A DNA stretch of 64,000 bases from Acidimicrobiia bacterium. Its GTDB lineage: Bacteria; Actinomycetota; Acidimicrobiia; Spongiisociales; Spongiisociaceae. The notes under the pieces are model-generated. The model saw only the letters and a list, made by a program, of their open reading frames with translations, ran no database searches and was not told the origin of the DNA. Positions 58,635 to 64,000 of this stretch are shown in pieces (the first letter of the stretch is position 1; the number at the start of each line of letters is the position of its first letter). Where the stretch lies: assembly GCA_041576165.1 (NCBI GenBank), contig JBFGLM010000002.1:96001-160000 (forward strand), in the 5' to 3' direction. Both the position numbers and the translations under genes were made by a program.

Positions 58635-59945
58635 GTGCCAAACTCTCCCGACGTGACTGCACGGGCCTCCCGGCGCGATCTCGACCGGCGCATCCTGACG
58701 CTGGCGCTGCCGGCTCTCGGTGCACTGGCGGTCGAGCCTTTGGTGTCGCTGGCCGACACGGCGTTCGTAGGTCGGCTGGGTACTACCGAACTCGCAGCGC
58801 TTGGCGTCAACACCGCACTGTTTGGTTTTGCATTCTTCGTCTTCAACTTCCTCGCCTACGCCACCACCCCGCTCGTTGCCAACGACATCGGGCGGGGCGA
58901 CCGGCCGGCGGCCGGCCGGACCGCGGTGCAGGCCGTGGTCGTCGCCGCCGGTATCGGGCTGGCCGGCATCGTGGTGTTGCAGGCGACGGCGCCTGCCCTG
59001 TTGCGCCTGATGGGCGCCGACGGGGAAGTCGTCACGGCGGGCGTCGGGTACCTGCGACTACGGGCGCTCGGTATGCCGGGCGTCCTGCTGCTCACCGTGG
59101 GTCACGGCATCTTTCGGGGGGTGCAAGACACCCGTACACCGCTGATGGTCACCCTGGCCGTGAGCCTCATCAACCTGGTGCTCGACCCGATCCTGATCTG
59201 GCCGGCGGGGCTTGGCCTCAGTGGTGCCGGTCTCGCCAGCGCCATCGGGCAGACGGCGGGTGGGGCCACCGTTCTCGTGCTTCTGCTGCAGGGGCGTAGC
59301 GGCCTGCCGCTCGAATGGCGGATCCCACGTGTTGCCGAGCTCCGGCCTTTCCTAGCGGCCGGTTCCGCCCTCACCTTGCGCACCCTGGCATTGGTGACGA
59401 CGTTCACCGTCGCCACGGCCACGGCCGCCCGCATCAGTCCCACGGCAGTCGCGGCACATCAGGTGGCGTCGCAGGTGTGGATTTTTTTGGCGTTGGTCGT
59501 AGATGCCCTGGCGATCGCGGCGCAAGCGATCATCGGAAAGTCACTCGGCGAGGACGACGAAGGCGGAGCCAGGGATGCGTCGAACCGCATTTTGCAATGG
59601 GGCCTGGTTTGGGGAATCGCGCTCGGTGTCGCCTTCTGGTTGCTGCGAGATGCCCTGCCCGGATGGTTCACCGATCAGGCAGAAGTGGTGGCGGTCGTTG
59701 CCGGGCTCATGCCTTTTGTCGCGCTGATGCAACCGCTGAACGCCCTGGTATTCGTGTGGGACGGCATCTTCATCGGTGCCGGCCGGTTCCGGTTTCTCGC
59801 CGTGTCAATGGTCGGGGCGGCGGCCGGCACGATCATCCTCTTGCTGCTGGCGGATTCGATCGTCGCCGTGTGGTGGGCGATCGTCTTCTTGATGGGGGCG
59901 CGGGCGGTGCCGATGGGTGTTGCGTACCGGCGGGGGCTCGCCTGA
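58635..59945 (+). CDS. MATE-family efflux transporter (DinF-like)
   Basis: LALPA...EPL..L.DTA.VGRLG, RG.QDTRTP and N..LDP; multiple TM helices. Confidence 0.92.
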   Translation: MPNSPDVTARASRRDLDRRILTLALPALGALAVEPLVSLADTAFVGRLGTTELAALGVNTALFGFAFFVFNFLAYATTPLVANDIGRGDRPAAGRTAVQAVVVAAGIGLAGIVVLQATAPALLRLMGADGEVVTAGVGYLRLRALGMPGVLLLTVGHGIFRGVQDTRTPLMVTLAVSLINLVLDPILIWPAGLGLSGAGLASAIGQTAGGATVLVLLLQGRSGLPLEWRIPRVAELRPFLAAGSALTLRTLALVTTFTVATATAARISPTAVAAHQVASQVWIFLALVVDALAIAAQAIIGKSLGEDDEGGARDASNRILQWGLVWGIALGVAFWLLRDALPGWFTDQAEVVAVVAGLMPFVALMQPLNALVFVWDGIFIGAGRFRFLAVSMVGAAAGTIILLLLADSIVAVWWAIVFLMGARAVPMGVAYRRGLA

Positions 59946-59947
59946 GG

Positions 59948-61180
59948 TCAACGGGCCGGGCTGCGGGGGGTGAGCTGGCTGCCGAGCGTCTCTGGCACAG
60001 CGCCCATGATCATGACGGCGATGCCGATGCCGGCTCCGAGCATCGCTACGGTTGTCGGCAGTCCGTACTGGTCGATCGTGATCGAGCCCACTGTCAGGCC
60101 GGCGATCGAACCGACCACTCCCACCGAGTTCAACCATTGGACGGCGTTGGCCCGCACCGCAGTCGGGAACAGCTCATTGCGCTGCGCGCCGATGGCGGGG
60201 ATTGCGGCGAATGAACCGAAACTCGAGACAGCGACCGCTATGACAACGACCCACGGAATCTCGACCCAGTAGAACCCGAGCCCGCCGATCAAACCCAACA
60301 CGAGCGAGATGTTGATCGTCGCTTTACGCCCTAGTGAATCGGCCATCCGGCCCCCTGTGAAGAAGCCGATGCCGCCGGCGGTTCCGCCCAGCAGCATGAC
60401 GGCCGCGGCCTGGGTGGTGGTCCAACCGAGATCATTGACGAGGCGCTCCAAGGCGAAGGTGACGACGATCACCGAATACGACGCAACCAGCAGCGAAAAG
60501 ATCGCGAGCAGCCAGAAGGCACCCGCCTGGGCCCCGGCAAACACGGCAAACGGCGAGACCCGCCGATCCGGTGGCTCGAAAGCCCTGCTTTCGGGGAGTT
60601 TTGAGTTGAGCAGCGGGTATAGGGCCAGGCCGATGAAGCTGGCGGCGAAGAGGAAACGCCACGATTGATCGGAGGCTCGGGCCACCGGGAGCGCAAACAG
60701 GCCGATGCCCGAACCGAAGCTCACCGCGGCGGCATAGACCGACAAGCCCCACGCTCGGTTCTCCGGGCCCAGCTGCTCGGACAACAGGACAACGGCCAGG
60801 GTGCCGACAGCGGCAGCTCCCATCCGGGTCGCACCCTGTAGGACCGTGTAAACGGTGGCGCCCGACGCGAACGCGGTCGCGCCCGTCGCGGTGAACAACA
60901 GCAGGAACGCAATGAGGAACGGCCGGCGTCGCCCATAGCGGTCGCCTGCCGTCGAAAAGAGAATGGCCAGCAGGGCGCCGACTCTCGCAATAGCGAGTAT
61001 CTCGCTCATCTCGGCTTCGGAGAGGCCGAACGAGAGGCGCGCGAAGGGCAGCGTGTTGACGGCCTGGGTCTGGGCGTAACCCTGAACGACGCCGGTCACA
61101 TACATCAGCACCAGGAGGCGTCGATCGGCGCGCGTGAATCCTTTCACGGGCGTCATGAATCGAATCAACCGTCCGGCCAT
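59948..61180 (-). CDS. MFS transporter
   Basis: GDRYGRR and ADSLGRK motif A copies, ELFPT.VRA; multiple TM helices. Confidence 0.92.
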   Translation of the reverse strand: MAGRLIRFMTPVKGFTRADRRLLVLMYVTGVVQGYAQTQAVNTLPFARLSFGLSEAEMSEILAIARVGALLAILFSTAGDRYGRRRPFLIAFLLLFTATGATAFASGATVYTVLQGATRMGAAAVGTLAVVLLSEQLGPENRAWGLSVYAAAVSFGSGIGLFALPVARASDQSWRFLFAASFIGLALYPLLNSKLPESRAFEPPDRRVSPFAVFAGAQAGAFWLLAIFSLLVASYSVIVVTFALERLVNDLGWTTTQAAAVMLLGGTAGGIGFFTGGRMADSLGRKATINISLVLGLIGGLGFYWVEIPWVVVIAVAVSSFGSFAAIPAIGAQRNELFPTAVRANAVQWLNSVGVVGSIAGLTVGSITIDQYGLPTTVAMLGAGIGIAVMIMGAVPETLGSQLTPRSPAR

Positions 61181-61407
61181 GTGTCCTCTCGCACTCGGCT
61201 CCAGCGCCTGACCGCACCAGGGGGCTGTGTGCAGGGGCGGACGTTAGTGGTAGCCGATGCCAGGCCGCTGGTGAGAGTCCGACAGATCGATACCGAGTTT
61301 CTCGCGTATTCACTTCAGGGTGCCAGACTGTGACCGTACCGTTGAGGGGGTGGGCACCCGCCGGCGGCAGGTCCCGACCGAACGATCCAGAGCGCATCCG
61401 AGGCAGC

Positions 61408-62157
61408 GTGGAAGTCAGCATCATCACAGCGTTTGTATTCGGGGCGATCTCATTCGTGTCGCCCTGCGTGCTGCCGTTGCTGCCCGGCTATCTCAGCCTC
61501 ATGTCGGGTTATTCCGTTGCCGACTTGCAGGCCGGCAACGCCTCTACCGCGCGGATGCTGCGAGTAACCTTGCTGTTCGTCGCCGGGTTCACGGCGGTGT
61601 TCGTGGCGCTCGGAGCCAGCGCGACCAGCCTCGGTCGCTGGTTGGTGAGCAATCAGACCGCGGCCACTCGCATCGCCGGCTGGGTGGTGGTCGGCTTCGG
61701 GGTGCTGATCGTTGTCCTGGCTCTGTCGAACTCTCCACTCCTCAACTGGTTCAGCCGCGAGCGCCGGGTCGAGGTTCGGCCCTCGCAGCTGGGCCCGTGG
61801 GCTCCGCCCCTGATGGGGCTGGCGTTTGGATTCGGTTGGACACCGTGCATTGGGCCGGTCCTGGCCGGCATACTGCTGGCCGCATCGACCCAGGAGACCG
61901 TCGGGCAGGGGATGACCTTGCTGTTCTTCTATTCGCTCGGTCTCGGGGTGCCATTCGTGTTGGCCGGAATAGGCATGACCAAAGCGTTCGGAGCAATGGC
62001 TTTCCTCCGCAAATACTTGCGCCAGGTGAACGTCGCGTCGGGGTTGCTGCTTGCGGGGTTCGGCGTGCTGATGATCACCGGCCGCATCACCGACCTGTCC
62101 AGCTGGTTCACCGAGTTCTTCATCCGGATCGGACTCGACGGACTCGCCGAGATCTAG
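61408..62157 (+). CDS. ccdA: Cytochrome c biogenesis protein CcdA
   Basis: SF.SPCVLPLLPGY and FGWTPCIGP.L. Confidence 0.93.
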   Translation: MEVSIITAFVFGAISFVSPCVLPLLPGYLSLMSGYSVADLQAGNASTARMLRVTLLFVAGFTAVFVALGASATSLGRWLVSNQTAATRIAGWVVVGFGVLIVVLALSNSPLLNWFSRERRVEVRPSQLGPWAPPLMGLAFGFGWTPCIGPVLAGILLAASTQETVGQGMTLLFFYSLGLGVPFVLAGIGMTKAFGAMAFLRKYLRQVNVASGLLLAGFGVLMITGRITDLSSWFTEFFIRIGLDGLAEI

Positions 62158-62210
62158 CCCGAATCGCATCGGGCCGACCGCGGTGTCGGAGGGGGTACGC
62201 TGCCCCCGTC

Positions 62211-63680
62211 ATGCGTATCACGCCGTCCCGAGAAGAGTTCCTCCGCCTGGCCCAGACCTACTCGGTCGTCCCGGTGGCTACGACGATGCTGGCTGATCGC
62301 GAAACCCCGGTCAGCGCGTTCGAGAAGCTGGTCGGTTCGGCGCCCGGCTTCTTGCTGGAGTCGCTCGAAGGAGGGGAGCGCTGGGCCCGCTGGTCGTTTG
62401 TAGGCTGGGACCCGGTGTTCACGCTGGTCTCGCGTCGGGGGACCGTGCGAGCGGAGGGACGGGCCGTCCCACTGCCGGCGGGTGACCCGCTGACGGTCCT
62501 CGAAGGAGTTCTTGCTGCTTTCGAGACTGCGCCGGTCGAAGATCTCCCGCCCTTGCACACCGGCGCGGTCGGGTACATGGCATACGACTGTGTTCGGTAC
62601 ATCGAAAACTTGCCGTGCATGCCGCCGGACGATCGCGATCTACCGGAGATGGTGTGGCAGTTCGTGGGCAACCTGGCCGCGCTCGACCACTTCAGCCAGA
62701 GCATCACATTCGTGCACAACGTCTACGTAGGTAGGGATCCGGAGGGTCAATACGACCAAGCGATATCCGAGTTGCACCGGTCGGTCGAGCGTCTCGGGAA
62801 TCCCTGGCCCTACGCACCCACCGATCGCCCCTCGCCGCATCCTCCCGAGGGCACCCTTCGGTCGACGATGACCAGGGCACAGTTCGAAGCCGCCGTCGAC
62901 ACCTGCAAGGAATACATCCGGCAGGGTGACGCCTTCCAGGTCGTTTTGTCGCAGCGTCTCGAAACCCCCTACCTCGGTGATCCGTTCCGGGCGTACCGAG
63001 CGTTGCGGCTGATCAACCCGTCCCCGTTTCTGACCTTTATCCGCCACCCGCAGATAACGATCGCCGGGGCGTCGCCCGAATTGATGACACGGGTGCGGGA
63101 CGGCATCGTGTTTTCGCGGCCGATCGCCGGCACCCGCCCCCGGGGGGCGACCGACGACGAAGATCGAGCGCTTGAAGAGGAATTGCTGGCAGACCCCAAG
63201 GAGCGAGCCGAACACGTCATGCTCATTGACCTCGCCCGTAACGACATTGGCAGGGTGTGCGAGTTCGGCACGGTCCATGTCGACGATCTGATGGTGATCG
63301 AGCGCTATTCCCACGTGATGCACATCGTGTCCGGCGTGTCCGGGAAGCTGGCCGGCGATCGGAGCTCCGTCGATGTGCTCCGGGCGATGTTCCCGCACGG
63401 AACGGTCTCAGGAGCACCCAAAGTTCGGGCGATGGAGATCATCGACGAGCTGGAGCCCGTCGCCCGGGGACCGTACGCGGGCGCGGCCGGGTACATCGAT
63501 TTCTCGGGCGACGTCGATACAGCGATCTGTCTGCGGACGGTCGTGTTCGCGGACGGCAAGGCCTGGGTCCAGGCCGGGGCAGGGCTCGTGGCAGATTCCC
63601 AACCGGGAACCGAATACGATGAAACCATGAACAAGGCGGCCGCGGCCCTGGCGGCAATTCGAGGCGCCCGCGATGTCTGA
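62211..63680 (+). CDS. trpE: Anthranilate synthase component I
   Basis: ETP, FLLES, GD.FQVVLSQR, NPSP, SPE, PIAGTRPRG, KE.AEHVMLIDL.RND and G.VSGAPK.RAM. Confidence 0.92.
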   Translation: MRITPSREEFLRLAQTYSVVPVATTMLADRETPVSAFEKLVGSAPGFLLESLEGGERWARWSFVGWDPVFTLVSRRGTVRAEGRAVPLPAGDPLTVLEGVLAAFETAPVEDLPPLHTGAVGYMAYDCVRYIENLPCMPPDDRDLPEMVWQFVGNLAALDHFSQSITFVHNVYVGRDPEGQYDQAISELHRSVERLGNPWPYAPTDRPSPHPPEGTLRSTMTRAQFEAAVDTCKEYIRQGDAFQVVLSQRLETPYLGDPFRAYRALRLINPSPFLTFIRHPQITIAGASPELMTRVRDGIVFSRPIAGTRPRGATDDEDRALEEELLADPKERAEHVMLIDLARNDIGRVCEFGTVHVDDLMVIERYSHVMHIVSGVSGKLAGDRSSVDVLRAMFPHGTVSGAPKVRAMEIIDELEPVARGPYAGAAGYIDFSGDVDTAICLRTVVFADGKAWVQAGAGLVADSQPGTEYDETMNKAAAALAAIRGARDV

Positions 63681-64000
63681 GCTTCCGGCCAGCTACGGCG
63701 ACACCACCGCCGAGTACCTTGCTGCCCGCGATGGCACCGGCACGGTCACGGGGGCGTCCGCGATTTTGTGGCTGGAAGGACCGGATGCAGTCTCTTTCCT
63801 CCAGGGCATCATCACCCAGGACGTGGAAGCGATGCTTCCGGGATCAGTGGCCCGCAGTCTGCTGCTCGAACCCCGCGGGAAGCTGACGGATGTCTTCTGG
63901 GTCCTACGGGGCGAGAATCGGGTGGGCATCATGACCGGGGCCGGGCGGGTCGCAGCCACTCGGGACGATCTCGCCCGCTGGATGATCCGGGTGAAGGCCG
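63673..64000 (+). CDS. YgfZ/GcvT-like folate-binding protein, 3'-truncated by the window edge
   Basis: ATG 63673 overlaps the trpE stop. Hand translation MSELPASYG...GPDAVSFLQGIITQDV...LLEPRGKL; absent from the ORF track because it has no stop. Confidence 0.85.
   Translation, partial: MSELPASYGDTTAEYLAARDGTGTVTGASAILWLEGPDAVSFLQGIITQDVEAMLPGSVARSLLLEPRGKLTDVFWVLRGENRVGIMTGAGRVAATRDDLARWMIRVKA

Noticed and set aside
61181-61407. FMN-riboswitch-like fragment GGTGAGAGTCC
   Set aside because: The other conserved FMN segments are absent and the flanking genes are not flavin-related.
61320-62210. Apparent ~300-aa N-terminal extension of TrpE
   Set aside because: Arg-rich off-frame reading of ccdA; TrpE-like sequence begins at ATG 62211.
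1-64000. CRISPR array, tRNA/rRNA genes, IS elements or prophage
   Set aside because: No regularly spaced repeats, RNA-gene signatures, transposase, integrase or phage structural genes were seen by eye; the intergenic gaps are short.

Overview
High-GC bacterial DNA with an actinobacterial gene set (DivIVA, SepF, YggT, no FtsA, an Rv1830-like MerR regulator, an Rv3679/80-like ArsA pair); Acidimicrobiia is my guess only. Most of the window is housekeeping: dinB, a MoxR-DUF58-transglutaminase triad, a dcw cluster (mraZ to divIVA, lacking murF and ddl), ileS, lspA, an RluA-family synthase, dnaE, a long thyX, xpt, nth, transporters, ccdA and trpE. Two accessory regions stand out. (1) 1-8944 is a candidate signalling or immune locus. 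It holds an alpha/beta-hydrolase fragment and a ~1780-aa receptor-like protein (signal peptide, Ig-like/DUF11 domains, five SdrD-B-like repeats, one TM helix, then a cytoplasmic nSTAND1 NTPase with no WD40 sensor). It also holds a TIR-SIR2 fusion whose two catalytic sites look substituted, and a divergently transcribed helical-repeat/trypsin-like protease. (2) 16.6-22 kb is an insert with an HNH nuclease, a secreted protein, arsC plus an aquaglyceroporin, and two paralogous lipoproteins that share a tandem GCAAT-N4-ATTGC operator over their -35 elements. Smaller points are a 70-aa ORF coupled on both sides between ftsL and ftsI, a 13-bp stem over the rsmH start region, and an in-frame DUF167-DksA fusion. 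I saw no rRNA, tRNA, CRISPR array or transposase. All family calls come from motifs read by eye; no database search was run.
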